Source: Octopus bimaculoides
Taxonomy: Eukaryota
Direction of reading: 5' to 3'
DNA length: 64,000 nt
NCBI RefSeq assembly: GCF_001194135.2
Contig: NC_068981.1
Location: forward strand, 177,321,763 to 177,385,762
Below the pieces are notes generated by a model. It did no database searches. It was given only the letters and a program-made list of their open reading frames with translations, and was not told the origin of the DNA. Made by a program: the position numbers and the translations under genes. Shown here in pieces: positions 13,796-27,658 of the stretch (position 1 is the stretch's first letter; every line of letters begins with the position of its first letter).

Positions 13796-14582
13796 TATAT
13801 TTGATATGTCACAGATTTGGATATCATTTACCAATGTCTATATCTGGACATAGATAATATAACCATGTAAATACATACCCCCTGTCTCATCGTTTTTATA
13901 CAGATTTGAAGTTCAACTCTTGATGGTTTACATAAACAAGTGCCTGGGTCCGAAACATGATCAATCGGCATGTTATTGGGTATGAATCGAAACAATTTGT
14001 AAGATTAATATTTGTATTTTTATTTACATTATATTATATTTATTGTAATATAATATTATGTTAATAAAATATATTTGAGAGAATTCCCAAAACTTATGTA
14101 ATTTTCAGTCGCCGAATAGTAAATGATATAAATGTTCTGGTTGATGTGTAAATATATTGTCAAAGAAATCACAGAAGTGGATATGAAACAACGAATAATA
14201 CACTAGTAATGCGATGTAGTAGAAGCAGTAGTAGTAATGACGGTGGTGGAAACAGCAGCAGCAGCAGCAGTTACAGCAGCAGCAGCAGCAGTTATGGCAA
14301 CAGCAGGAGTAGCAATATCAGTCACATACGTATATTGAATTTCGATCGATACAGGAATATTTTAAAATAACCATTAACGTGTAAATTATGTAGTCCGGCA
14401 CATCAGTCGAACGACTAGAACAACTCGCACATCTCATCTAACGTAAAAAGCCTTACAGCTGTGAGAGCTACTGTAGTTTAACAATGAGTTTCTTGATTTG
14501 TTGATAAGGGGTTNNNNNNNNNNCTATGTTTAAAGAATCATGCTGCAATGTGGAAATTTCGGTTATCTTTCGAATTAGTATA

Positions 14583-15095
14583 GATAGGTCCCTAATTTGA
14601 GATGCGACGTGCTACGATACGTTTTGCTGCATCGGCCGCAATCCCGGGTATCGCCGCCCTGAACGGAGAGGAGTGAAAAATAAACAAATACAGGAGCCTG
14701 ACAGGCGCTATCAGTTTGTGCCGGTCGCCGTCGAAGCGCCAGGTGTTCTCGGACTCCGCGCTGCCGATTTCCTTCACCAAATCGGGATACCTGCGACCTA
14801 TCTGAGAAACGAGTCCCGCGAAGTGGGATGGCTGTTGCAGCAAGTGTCACTGGCCATTCTACACGGCAACACCTTTGCAATCATGTCCGCGAGGCGCGGC
14901 TAAACACGCCATTAGTTCTGGGGTGTACAACAACCCATTACACTCTCCCCACCTGATCTTCTGCTGCTTAATTCCCCCCAACCCTATTTCTCCTTTTTCT
15001 TTGTTTCCTAGTCGAGGTAGTTAAAAAAAATTTTCCTCGGTAATTTGATCTTTTATACTTTAATGTTTTCATTTGCTATAAAAATATGTTGCTGA
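14583..15095 (+). mobile_element. 3' end of a CRE-clade-like (RLE-type) non-LTR retrotransposon
   Basis: Plus strand across two frameshifts: RSLI(W>stop)DATCYDTF / AAIPGIAALNGEE*KINKYRSL / YQFVPVAVEAPGVLG...FLHQIG...EVGWLLQQVSLAILHGNTFAIM*. This is the WDAT...K..KY...F.P.AVE..G...QR.S.AI.RGN restriction-like endonuclease C-terminus. Locally GC-rich. Confidence 0.78.
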
Positions 15096-15479
15096 TAAAA
15101 CATCAAATAGAGGAATTTAAAGTTATTCCATTCAGACTTCAACTGGTTTCATATTTTTCAGGAAAAAAACAATACAGTGGTGAAGTAGATATAGTTAAAA
15201 CTCATATTAGAAATAAGTCCAAATAATCCGGTGTTTTAGATGAATATTAAAAGTATAGTATATTTCTAATATATGTTGATGTCGCTCAATCAGTAAGTCT
15301 ATACGCGCTATTGTTGAAAATAAATAGATCTTATTGCTTTTTGAGGGCTAGTTATTAAATATGAAGTACCAGTAGTATGATGGTGTCGGATCATTTAGAT
15401 TTCATTTAACCATGAAACATTAAACTACCTTGCTAATTCTTCAAATAATACTGCAAAATGAACGAGCTGGCAGAAAACT

Positions 15480-16270
15480 TCCTGCCCAGAATGAGAAGCG
15501 AATCTGAAGACAGACAACTTTGACAGATAGCTCTTATGTTAGACAGTCGAAGGCTTTGTTGATATCAAGGGCAACAACGTTGCTTTCGTTGACGTTCTTG
15601 TCGGTGAAAGATCATTGTGAATTATTTAAGAAAGCATGTTCCGGTAGAGCTTCCCTACGGAAAACGTACAGATGGTTGCTGAGGTGGGGGACTAAATCTA
15701 ATGAAAGAGCTGCCTGTTTACGGCTTGGAATACTGGAAATATGGATATTGGGTTAGTAGTTTTGCAACGTTAGAGAGGTTCTTCGGAATATATTATGGTT
15801 CACGAATGAGAGACGTTTCCGCACTTGGCGACTGTGTGTATGGGGGAACTGATATGGTAGAGACTGAGACTTTGGAAATCAGTGAGCAGCAGATATGGTT
15901 GCTTTTTAATGGGAAAGTCATGTTCGTTGATAAGTAACAGAGAAGAGGGTTCTGCAAAGTTAGTTGGCATGAGATCAAAAAGGTTCACTGAAAATTCAAG
16001 ATAGTGAGTTTGAGCTGTATCTGAAGGAATACTTTGCTTCCCTGGTGGTAGGTAAATGACTCCCAGTTGTTGCTGTTATAATCAAACAGTATTCCAGTTT
16101 CACCCTCAAAACTTTTTAATGGTATCCCGCCCGATATGATGTGGTTTGAGAAAATTTGGTTGAAATTTAGAGACTATATAGAGACTCCATTGTACTGGTG
16201 TTGAAGGTGGTGTGCAACCTTCTCAGTGTTTTAGTCAGCGTTCTTCGCATATGGTACTGCAGCGTAACTA
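15480..16270 (-). mobile_element. Decayed CR1/jockey-like LINE, RT N-terminal region
   Basis: Minus strand: TNPISIFPVFQ (cf. YRPISLLP), HLYVFRRE (cf. QYGFR) and ESNVVALDINKAFDCL (15546-15575; the LD..KAFD motif). Many disruptions. Confidence 0.72.
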
Positions 16271-18065
16271 TAAGTTTTTAAGCTGATAGTACTTGACTGT
16301 GTGAGAGATATGGCGGTAAATATCTAGATAGTTGGAAGTTTTCAAAGAGTTATAAGGAAATATGCATTAGAAACACGGTTCGATTTATGTGGAATACACT
16401 ATCAATAGCTACGAACAAATTTCAAATTAAATATTTGAAAAGGAAATATATTCTTTTCAAGAATACGGAATTTTGTTTTAGAAACCGGGCATGTGCTTTC
16501 AATAGCACGCATAAATGAATAGTTTTAGCTAAGCACGCTTAGCTTGGTCACAAGCTAAATGTTTGTTCTGCTTCTTCTTGATAACCATCATCAACATAAA
16601 AATAATATAAAGAAATTTGAATCACCTTTCCATATATAGGGTCTGAAGGATTAGTTCTTCGGAAGGTTAAACTCATTGTACTTCTAGCGATAATGAGCGC
16701 GTTAAAGTATAGGGTAAAATCTGAGTGAATCGATTCTTGCTTGAACAATTTCTATTCATTTAACAACGATAATGCTGTAAAGAAAAGCATATAGGACATA
16801 AATTCCCCATTCCTCTATCTCAAAATCATAAAGAGAGACCATTTGAGTGTAATCTCATTTACATGCGATGACAAATTTATAAAATGCGCGTTCCCCACAA
16901 AAAACTGGGGTGAAATTGTTCTAACCGCACAAGAGCACTAACCAGAGTCACAGTTCATAGACACAAACCATGAGATATATATGGCATATTTGAACATAGA
17001 TGTTCTAAATTTGCCCAGTTACAAAGCTGATGTTTACTGCATCGGAGAGGGGGGCAAAATTTCTTTACTCACAAAATTAAATGAGGAAGAAAAAAAACAA
17101 ATCTCAGTGAGATTATTTTGAAGCGTACATCAGTTGAGCAATTCAAAGTTTAAAATAAACAATAACATGACGTTCTACAACACTATAACAAGTTATTTGA
17201 TATTCTAATTTTGACTTATCCAAAAATGCTGTCGTTTAGTCCCAGGTCAACTCTGAGCATGTAGCACCGTGTCTTTTTAAGATTATATCTAGAAGTACTT
17301 AATCCAGTCTATCTTTTCGTTATTTTGGACGGTCGGGTGCTGTTAAAGAGACATTTTACTGCTATTTCTAGCAGATTGAGTGAGCGCGTAGAGCCTTTAT
17401 CTCATTGGCTCTTGATATTTTAATGCAATAACATTAACCGCTAGACAAGTGGTTCCCAACAGCTGGTATTGGACCAGTAATAAGTACAACTTTTTCTAGT
17501 TGGTTCACTTACAAAGTCTTCAGAAGACAAAAATTACATGCATTTAGACAATACAGATAGATTTATATCTAAAATTTAATTCAATATAATTATCCACGAC
17601 TTAAAAAGAAAATTTTCTTTAATTTAGATTATGACCACCTCAGATTTGAACCACCGCTTTTAAATAGCTATAGAAATTCTATACTTAGACTACTTGACAA
17701 TGAAACTACTCTAAACTATCAAAAAATTTATTTATGAACTTTACAGTTAAATGATAAAGGAACTTAAATGTAACGGAAATTAGATAAGGAATGATCTTCA
17801 GAAACCTTCTTACGAGGTAAAAAAAAATAAAATAACAAGAAATTATGAATATTATTTCTGTAAACTGTTGTCACCAAACTTCACTAACATTGCACATTCT
17901 TTCAGTTTGATACATAACGGGTGTATCACAAAGAGCATGCGAGTTTGCGTTGTATGTACTTTATAATGAATACTTAACGATTCTGCTTGTCAAGACGTGA
18001 GTTAAAATGTTTACGCTTTCAAAGTGAAATAACCTAACCTTGATCTTGATATTCTTATCTCCTGT

Positions 18066-18275
18066 AATCCTTTCTACTAATAAGTACAAGGTCTAAAATT
18101 TTTGGGTTAGTGGATTACATCGACCCCAATACTCAACCAGTACTTATTCTATCGATCCCGAAAGGATGAGAGACAAATTTGATTCCAGCGGAACTTGAAC
18201 TCAGACCATAAGAACGGCTGAAATGCCGCTAAACATTCCGTCCGGCGTGCTAACGATTCTGCCAGCTCGCTGCCT
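18066..18275 (-). mobile_element. SINE family A
   Basis: Reverse complement of the head: CGTGCTAACGATTCTGCCAGCTCGCTGCCTT; core GTACTTATTCTATCGATCCCGAAAGGATG. Confidence 0.85.
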
Positions 18276-19119
18276 TTTTATCTGTTTTAATCAAGAACAT
18301 CAGAGAGTAAAGGCAAATGGAAGAGAGGTAACGGATGTTAATGGACATGAGAGTGGCAACAGCAAGGAATAATGTTAAAATATTATTTTATAACTAACAC
18401 TATAAATTATCTAAATTCAACTTTTTTTAATGACATCAGTCCGTCTAGCTCGTTATTGTAAAAATATTTAACGTAACGAAGCAGAAGATATATCAAATTT
18501 ATGTATCAAAAAGTGATAAGTTAAAAAAATTATTGGACTGTTACAGACAATCGTATTTCGTTCGTCAACTTTAACTGGTGTGTGTGTGTGTGTGTGTGTT
18601 CGCTTTGCTTTTATTTTTATTAAACCCGGCAAAATAGCATAAAAATAATGGTTTTACTACTTGCCAACGACACTCGATTTCTCTCTAATTTATCTATCTA
18701 AATACATTCTTTCTTCTCGCTTCTGCCTACTCTTTCTCTCCTATGGACATATACCTCTACCTATATTTTATTCAAACTGATGTTATGTATCAATGTTTAT
18801 CAAAGACCAATATATGAAAAGCTTATACTTATTTTTATATATCACTGTGCGACCTTTTTTTTTTTTTAGTCAAAGATATATGTTCAAATTAATGTATGTT
18901 CTATCTTATAACACAATTTAACATCAGAAATGGGTATTTGTTGTTATTGTTTTGTAACCCCAGGTTAACCCTTATCGAGCAAAACTATGATCAAAACCAT
19001 TCCGACTATGCCTATCCTGTCAGTACTACGTTATCTAATGCAGGGGTTTTCATATTTGAGGTGGTAAGCTGTAATTTACTGAACACAGGGGCAAAAATGA
19101 ATAGAACATTATCTATATC

Positions 19120-19445
19120 TTTTACTTATTTCTGCTATTGGACTGTGACCATGCTAGGGTACTGCTCTGAAGAGTTTAGTCGAACAAATCGACTCCAGTA
19201 CCTGTTTTGCCGAACCGCTAAGTTATGAGGACGTAAACAAACCTACACCGGTTGTCAGGCGGTGTGTGTGTGAGAGAGAGAGAGAGTCAGGCACAATCAC
19301 AGACACACAAGCTCATATACGACATGCTTCCAAACAATTCCATCTGCCAAATTCACTCAGTAGGCATTAGTCGGGCCAGAGTTATAAAGAAAATACTTGT
19401 TCAAGATGCCGCGCAGTGAGACTGAACCCGAAACCACACGGTTTT
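19120..19445 (-). mobile_element. SINE family B
   Basis: CGAACCGCTAAGTTATGAGGACGTAAACAAACC...CCAAATTCACTCA...CGCAGTGAGACTGAACCCGAAACCAC. Confidence 0.75.
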
Positions 19446-20559
19446 TAAATTTATAAAACATTTATTATTGAGAACATTTTAAAAAGTATATAACTTCATA
19501 CAATTTACAAGTTACGAATGTGTACATGTGGGCGTGCAAACATACATACGCATGCACGTCAACATTCCCCCATTTCCACAAATAATAGGGAAAATAAAAT
19601 GATATATGCATTAAAGAAGAGAATGAAAGTGACAGACAATGGAGAAAGTAAGAGATACAAATGGGAGAAAAGGAGAGATTAAGCACTGAAAAACAAGTTT
19701 CTGAAATTGAGATAAAAGTAGACCGGTAGACAAAGAATGCAATATTACTTGTTAATAGTCTAGTGCACTAGTTCTGAACTCGTTATGGTTCATGGACTAC
19801 TAGTACAAGCAATGGATCCCATACCCACTATTTTTTTTACGAGTGAATTCGCGCGCGCGCTATGACGCTATGATATTTTGGGTCTTTGGATCTTTCTGAA
19901 TTGACGGGCACCACTTTTCATTTTCCGGGTCTTTGACTAAAGAAACTAGAGAGTTAAATTATAAATTTAAAATATCACAATAAAAATAAGGGTAAAATTA
20001 AACTCATAAGATTAACTAAACAAACAAACAAAAAATGCATCAGCGAAGGTGTCTCTAAGCGGTTTTTCGATTTGCTGGAATTAGCAGACATGTTTCCCTC
20101 AAGTCACACCCTATCATTTAAAAATTTAAAAAACCCATTGTATAATGTAGTCATAGATATGTCTGAAAATAGACTGTGGTTAAGGCTGAAAAGCTTTTGA
20201 TTGTAGGTCTGTTTGACTAGAGTCGTCATAAGCTAAACAACAAATAATCAAGAAAACAGATGTAAGAGGTCGAGGAGAAACATAATGCATGAGAAAATAA
20301 GACATCAAAAGCATTTTATATCACGTCTGTTCGAATTTCTTATATCGAATAACTGTTCAACCTCTTCCATCTGAATCTATATCCAAAGTCTGTTCTTTTA
20401 GTTTCATATTCAAGGCAGTTGTGAATAAAGAAGTTAAGAACGAACATTTCTTTTAAAACTTATGCTGGCCAACTTGTTACAGTGAGCAATATAAAATTGG
20501 TGTTGGGCGGCAGAACTACAGCTTTCTAAAGAAACCGCATTAAACTCCCATCATAACTT

Positions 20560-21280
20560 GAAAGTGTGAAAGTATTTTTTTAAAGCCATATTTGTCAGAT
20601 ATTGAATAGCAGTATTAACAGACTACTCTGAAAGCTATTGTCACATGATTCGGAAATCTATCGCAGACATACGCAAAGTATTTGAAGTTCATTGAACATA
20701 CTCAAACAAAAAGAAACAAAACATAACTTTATACCGTGTAGCTTAATATGGCTTAACCTAGTGAAGACGTATGACTGTGTCCTACAATATACTGTTACGA
20801 AGGCAGTTAGTTTCTTCCGTCTCGGGCAGATTAAAATTACGTCAATTTAAAGCATTTCGCCATCAGGAAATTCATTACCTGTTGGCAGAAAATCGAAATA
20901 AATATCTTCATGGGAAACACAATTTAACCACTTCCTTCTGTAACAGAAAGAAGGAAAGAAGGTACAAAATAGCATTACAATTGGTAGTATCATCACCGTA
21001 AGGAGAAATACGAGTAGTTTGACTGGACAAGCGATGCCCGCTCGAGACCGAAATGAAGAACTGTAATTTTTCTTTAATATAGTACAGGATGAAAGATCCT
21101 TGTCTCGAAATCGGAAGGGATCGCGTAATCGAATAATGATGTCAAAACCAAGAAAGAGTCACACAACCATCAGCATGTAAAATACAGTACGAGCCTTAAA
21201 TCTTGATGGAACCGTAAGGTTGCTGTCATGAAATAGAAAGTTTTGGGCATTTTTTAACCAAGTGGAACCTATCCTTTCCC
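20560..21280 (+). mobile_element. Possible highly decayed HERO/NeSL-like RT fragment
   Basis: Weak motifs in the expected order: IWLNLVKTYDCV (cf. WLDLANAYGSVPH), SITIGSIITV (cf. GIITGCTISV), MSKPRKSH (cf. FKPRKSRS), KVLGIF (cf. KSLGKWF). Confidence 0.45.
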
Positions 21281-21550
21281 AACTGATTTCATCTAGAGAG
21301 AATGTGAAAGAGAGAAAGCGGGAATAATCCCCTACCACTATTGGTCTGGTACTTTATTTATTAATCTGGAAAGGATAAAAAGTAAAACTCACCTCGGCGT
21401 TGTTGTAAAGAATATTGCAAGACGTTCTATCCGACGTTCTAACTCCAACTCAAACACAATTTTGTAATTTCACGACTTTGTTTTGTGCATCAGCCCGGTA
21501 TCTTGTTTAGCGTGGAGAGAATGGAAAAATATGCAAGATTCCGACAGAAA

Positions 21551-22298
21551 NNNNNNNNNNNNNNNNNNNNNNNNNNNNNNNNNNNNNNNNNNNNNNNNNN
21601 NNNNNNNNNNNNNNNNNNNNNNNNNNNNNNNNNNNNNNNNNNNNNNNNNNNNNNNNNNNNNNNNNNNNNNNNNNNNNNNNNNNNNNNNNNNNNNNNNNNN
21701 NNNNNNNNNNNNNNNNNNNNNNNNNNNNNNNNNNNNNNNNNNNNNNNNNNNNNNNNNNNNNNNNNNNNNNNNNNNNNNNNNNNNNNNNNNNNNNNNNNNN
21801 NNNNNNNNNNNNNNNNNNNNNNNNNNNNNNNNNNNNNNNNNNNNNNNNNNNNNNNNNNNNNNNNNNNNNNNNNNNNNNNNNNNNNNNNNNNNNNNNNNNN
21901 NNNNNNNNNNNNNNNNNNNNNNNNNNNNNNNNNNNNNNNNNNNNNNNNNNNNNNNNNNNNNNNNNNNNNNNNNNNNNNNNNNNNNNNNNNNNNNNNNNNN
22001 NNNNNNNNNNNNNNNNNNNNNNNNNNNNNNNNNNNNNNNNNNNNNNNNNNNNNNNNNNNNNNNNNNNNNNNNNNNNNNNNNNNNNNNNNNNNNNNNNNNN
22101 NNNNNNNNNNNNNNNNNNNNNNNNNNNNNNNNNNNNNNNNNNNNNNNNNNNNNNNNNNNNNNNNNNNNNNNNNNNNNNNNNNNNNNNNNNNNNNNNNNNN
22201 NNNNNNNNNNNNNNNNNNNNNNNNNNNNNNNNNNNNNNNNNNNNNNNNNNNNNNNNNNNNNNNNNNNNNNNNNNNNNNNNNNNNNNNNNNNNNNNNNN
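21551..22298. other. Assembly gap (748 N)
   Basis: Run of N. Confidence 1.
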
Positions 22299-22810
22299 TT
22301 TTTCTTTGTTTTGTTTCATTGTTTCGTTCAACATCTGTAATAATAAAAACAAAATTCTGTCTGTCCGTCTGGACCCCTGTATCTCAGTCTACATTTGCTC
22401 TACATAGTCATATTATATCTTTTTGGAATCGGGGTGATCTCAGGATTGAAAATCTGCCCTTCGTTTGGTTCTTGAACATCCAGTATTAGGATCTGATTTA
22501 AAATCATATGGGTTGCCATTTCTAGCAGATAAAGCTTGGCTGATTCACGCCATCTTGGTAGCGTTTATCAGATGGCGTCAGAGATCAAGGCGATAAATTA
22601 CATTCTCTTCGTCGAGATAAAAACTTTGGGACAAATTGGCCAACAGTTGGAATTCAACTTGGGACTGGAACAATAGAATGATTGCATTGCAGAATTAATT
22701 CTCATCCGTCCTTAAACTCTGCTTAAACACCACCGGGACATATAGTCGTTATAGACGTATTTATAGTCAGGCTATTTAGCTCTCTCTAGTTTTGGGCCGC
22801 ATTATCATTA

Positions 22811-23022
22811 AGGTGACGAGCTGGCAGAAACGTTAGCACGCGGGGAAAAATACTTAGCGGCATTTCGTCCGTCTACGCTTTCTGAATTCAAATTCCGCCG
22901 CGGTCGACTTTGCCTTTCGTCCTTTCGGGGTTAATGAAATAACTACAAGCTGGGCACTGTGGCTGATGTAACGACTAGCCACCACCTTCAAAATTTCAGA
23001 CCTTGTGCCTATAATAGAAAGG
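22811..23022 (+). mobile_element. SINE family A with CpGs retained
   Basis: GAGCTGGCAGAAACGTTAGCACG...AATTCCGCCGCGGTCGACTTTGCCTTTC; about 15 CpG by manual count. Confidence 0.85.
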
Positions 23023-26000
23023 ATTATTATTGTTATTAGTGATCACTCTTAGTCTTTCTAACTGAGAAGAACATACTTCACAAAAGAAGTCTAATAAAAA
23101 TAAAACGTCCTTTGAACCAGGTAGGTTCAAAGACAAAGTTCACTCCCATTAGAATTGTCAATGTTTTCTAAAATTTCCAAGTTATTAATATTATTGGAGT
23201 TATCTTGCATCTTTGTTGCTTTTAGATTTTAAACACCTCTAAAAGGAAACGTTGTTTATTAATTGTATAAATAATTTCAGTTAATCGAAATTTTTCAACT
23301 CACTGTCTTAATTTCGTAAAACTCCCCTCAACTATTTCATTATTGTTTTAATGAAAGAACAGACTAATAAACATTATTCTCTCTTCACAGAAAACAAAAT
23401 ATTTACAAACCAATTACCACTACTTCAAGGAAGCATTCAATTGCTCTTTGAGTATACCAATGTGCGCGCGCGTATGTGCGTAATGTTTCTTTTTTAACTC
23501 GGACATCTAAAGAAGAAGTTTCTGCCGGTAAAACCCTATATGTAATTTATACTATGTCTCTCCTTGCCTGTAAAATTGATCGACATGCCCGGATTATTGC
23601 AGAAATTTCTGTTTGATGACTTCACTGCTGGTATTATTGTTTCATCGTGATATCAAAAGTTAATGGGTAGCAAACGCGGCTTACATAAGAGGCTATAGTA
23701 GCGGCGGATCATGATCAAAGTAAAGGAAATTGTAAACGTTTTAGAGCCAATTGTGACATACACTCCCTACGAAGAATATGAATGGAAAATGAAATTGTAA
23801 ACTAAATTATACGACAAGCTATCTCAGTGTTGCATTCTCATAGACGGGGAGGGAAAGCAGTAGAACCATTGCAAACAGTAGAAAGCTGGAATGATGCTTT
23901 ATGCTTTCAAATTCTGAGCCTTGGTAATTTCAAATTTTACAATGTGGTTTTTGTCTTCTGCTCATTCAAGGTCAATAATATGTAATTAGTAATTTCCTAA
24001 CCTATTAAAAATACATGCCTTTCTGTCTAGACTACAAAAAATACAGTGAAGATGGGAAAATAATACTTATGGGTATTGTGATAGACTAGAGGCAACGCAG
24101 TACCTAACTCGTTGCCTCAATTTCCTGAGTTAAATTCAGTCTGGAGTCACTTTTGCCTTTTATTCTTTCTTAGCCGATCAATTGATTAATATCGTCTCTC
24201 TTTTAAAAGAACGGAATGTTTCTTTTTCTCTTTTCGTTCTTTTCAGCCGGCAAAATTCTGTACAAAAGAGTTGTTCAGTCAAGGTGTTCTGCTACACAAT
24301 TTACCAACAGCTAATGAACAGTAGGCAGCCGATCAAAAGGATTTATTTCAGGCTCGGAGTCCATGTGAATAAGAATGTGTGTAATAACCTACTTAAGCGC
24401 GCTCTAAAATATCTTCAAAGCTAGTTATTCAATACGTAACATTAAACATTAAAATTCTACTAGAACACGGATTTTCAAACTTTTTTTACAGCGCACCCTT
24501 CATATTCCACCAATGATGGCCTATCCCATGAGAAGAATTTAGTCTAAGATAGTTGGATACTGTAGAACAGACAGGCATTATATGTTATTAATTCAATTTT
24601 AAAAAATTCAAATCTAGTCATAGTCAATTTTGCCACTAATCCTTCTGCGGTTGATAAAATAAAATAGCAGAGATTTATATATAAACGACTATTTCTTTTT
24701 CTAAAATGTCTAAGCTTTGTGCCTATGTAAGAAATCAATTTCATTTAATGCTACATTTTTGATATGTAAACTAAGTAATATGTGATATCATTGATCATAA
24801 GAGAAAATGCGCAGCAGACAAGCTAAATTTTTCAATCTTACGATGCTGAATGTTCCATCATAGTGATATTTGAAAAAAGTTGAAGATATGTAAAAGCTGT
24901 AAGTTTCTTCTCGTAAAATAAATCAACAAGTTCTGGACGAATACTAAATATAACAAACAACTTATGGAGCTAACGAGAGAGACTCTACGCAGTTGTTCGA
25001 CCGCCAAGAAATGGCAACCAAACTTCCCTCAAATCATACACAGACGTCTTAAAAACAATGAGGACATATTATAAAAAGTAGTCCAAGATGGTCCTTAAAA
25101 ACGTTATAGGCATGGCTGGTGAATTTGATAATAGATTTGTTCGATAACAGTTGACCTTGAATTAAACAATAGCTAAATAGTAAAAGCTTATATAGCCAGA
25201 AGTAGAACACTGAATGGAAAACGGCTAGAAATTACAAACGCTCCAATATTTCGACAATTTAACGAAACACACTTGTTTATAAACATAAATATGTTGATTG
25301 TGGTACAAGACGGCAATTTTAGCACAAGGCCGCAAATTTACTGAGAAGTATAATCGACTGAGCCAACCTCAGTACATTAATGGAGTTTATTTTCTTGATT
25401 GTGGTGAGATGAAAGAAAAGTAAACTCCGACGGTATTTGAATTCAAAGCATAAATGGAACTAAATACGGGGTATTTAGTTCGGCACTTGTAATTTTAGCG
25501 TCCCACAACCTTCGTTACCATTACTCAATATTGTGATTGTTTCGCCTTCCAAACTGTTAAAACTCCTCCATCAGTTCGCTTCTTTCTTAATACCATACAT
25601 GCATAACGGTTATATTGTGAATATCGCGTCAAATAGATAAAATGCTGGCAAAATTTGATAACAAAACAGCGCAGGGTTGGGTTTAAGATTCGATGAGATT
25701 TTATAATTCAAAATGTAGTGTTTGTCGTTCTGAAATACATGACTGTTCTAGGTTATACTTAAAATAGGGACATAGTGTTTCTAATATCTTGTGTGTACGT
25801 AAAAATACTGCTGATGTTCCCTAAAACGACCAGGGTATGCTTTCTTCACCTTTTTCACATGTTTTCTAAAGGTCTGTACAATTGATATTTTATTGTTGGA
25901 TCTTAGAAACCCTTCAACATTCTATCTACTTAATAATTCTGTATTTTCTTGCCTTTCATACCAATATAATAGTATTATAGGTAAATTATATCCTTGTTGG

Positions 26001-26519
26001 ACATATATTTAATAAAACGGAAGCAATTTGCTATTGTTTGTTTAGAGATTCCTGAAACCATTTTCCATACAACAGATTTCCGTACAATGCTTACATTAAG
26101 TTAAATGATAAATAGTTGACACCAAAATTCTTTTCACGACATATCCATAGACTTTTCTACAAGATTTTTCAACTAAAATCTATAGTGTACTTAAAACATT
26201 GTGATAGAAACAAAACAAAACACAAAGCGCTTTGCATTTGACAGATAAGTGGTTAGCAGAATGACTGAGAATCTTATTTTCCATTAGGTGTTTATTTACA
26301 CCTATAACAATTTCTTTCACTTCCAAATACTAGCAACGTGTATAAGTATCTCCTTGGAATTAAACATCTTGTACATTTTGAAGATTTTTTGATGACCTAT
26401 TTCTATTTTAACTAACCTAGTTTTGGAGTGTGGTAAAGGAATACAACTATACAAAATTATTACCACACGAAGTAAATATAGAAGAACTATTACTCTCATA
26501 AAATACTATACAAAAACTT

Positions 26520-26945
26520 AAGGCGGTGAGCTGGCAGAATTGTTAGCATACCGGGCGAAATGCTTAGTGGTATTTCGTCTGCCGTTACGTTGTGAGTTCA
26601 AATTCCGCCGAGGTCGACAAATTAAGTACCAGTTGCGCACTGGGGTCGATAAATTAAGTACCAGTTGCGCACTGGGGTCGATGTAATCGACTTAATCTCT
26701 TTGTCTGTCCTTGTTCAGCCCCTTATGGGCAATAAAGAAATAAGAATTGTTAGCACGCTGCACAAAATGCTTAGCGGTACTTCTTCCGGATTACGTTCTG
26801 AGTTTAAATTCTGCTGAGGTCGATTTTTGCCTTTCATCTTCCTCTTTTGAAGTTGATAAAAATAAGAGCCCGTTGAGCACTGGGGTCGATATAATCGATT
26901 AGCCCCAATCCCAAAATTTCAGGCCTTGTGCCTATATAGAGAGTG
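26520..26945 (+). mobile_element. Two nested or tandem SINE family A copies
   Basis: First copy ends in AATAAAGAAATA and is followed by a second, headless copy. AGAATTGTTAGCA occurs at 26536-26548 and 26743-26755. Confidence 0.85.
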
Positions 26946-27616
26946 AAAATAAAACAGTACACAAAATTCAGTGAGGAAACCCGTAGAATTTAGCAGTCCA
27001 GGGTAAGTTTTTATTTCATAGTTTTTACCGAATTTTATTTCGATGTAAAGTTATAACCAGATTGTCAGCAATGAGTTTCGTTCAGTGCTACTTACAATGG
27101 TTTCCTCTATGAATTGCCAGCATATCCTTGCCAACCAGGCCAACTCCTTGCTCCTCCCATTATCCATATTGTCACACTTCCCAGTTCCTCAACACTGCAT
27201 CCAATCTTTCCTCCTCAGGATCACGGTCGTCTGAAGTACCATCATTTTTACCTACATACGCTGGTCATAGATGATCAAGTCGAACATCAGCACATTGATT
27301 TCACTAGTCTATGTGAACCTGCAAAGTCATACGCACAGCTTTTCCCTATTTAGTTCACCTATTTTTAGATTATCTATATTTCAAATAACAAAATTAATGA
27401 TTAACCTTTCCTATATCTATTGGTTACTGCCTATAAATAATTACATATAATTGCAAATTATCCCTCTTATGACTGAAATGCATGCATGTCAGCTCTAGAA
27501 CTCGGCAAAAATTATACATCTTTATAAGAAAATACTGCAAACCGAAAAAACAGCTTTTCAAAATATATATAAATCAAGATTTTTAATATTTCAGTTTTTT
27601 ACTTAATAATTTTAAA

Positions 27617-27658
<42 letters not shown>

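Noticed and set aside
21483-22489. ORFs of 281-334 aa in the ORF track
   Set aside because: They are almost entirely X from the 748-N gap.
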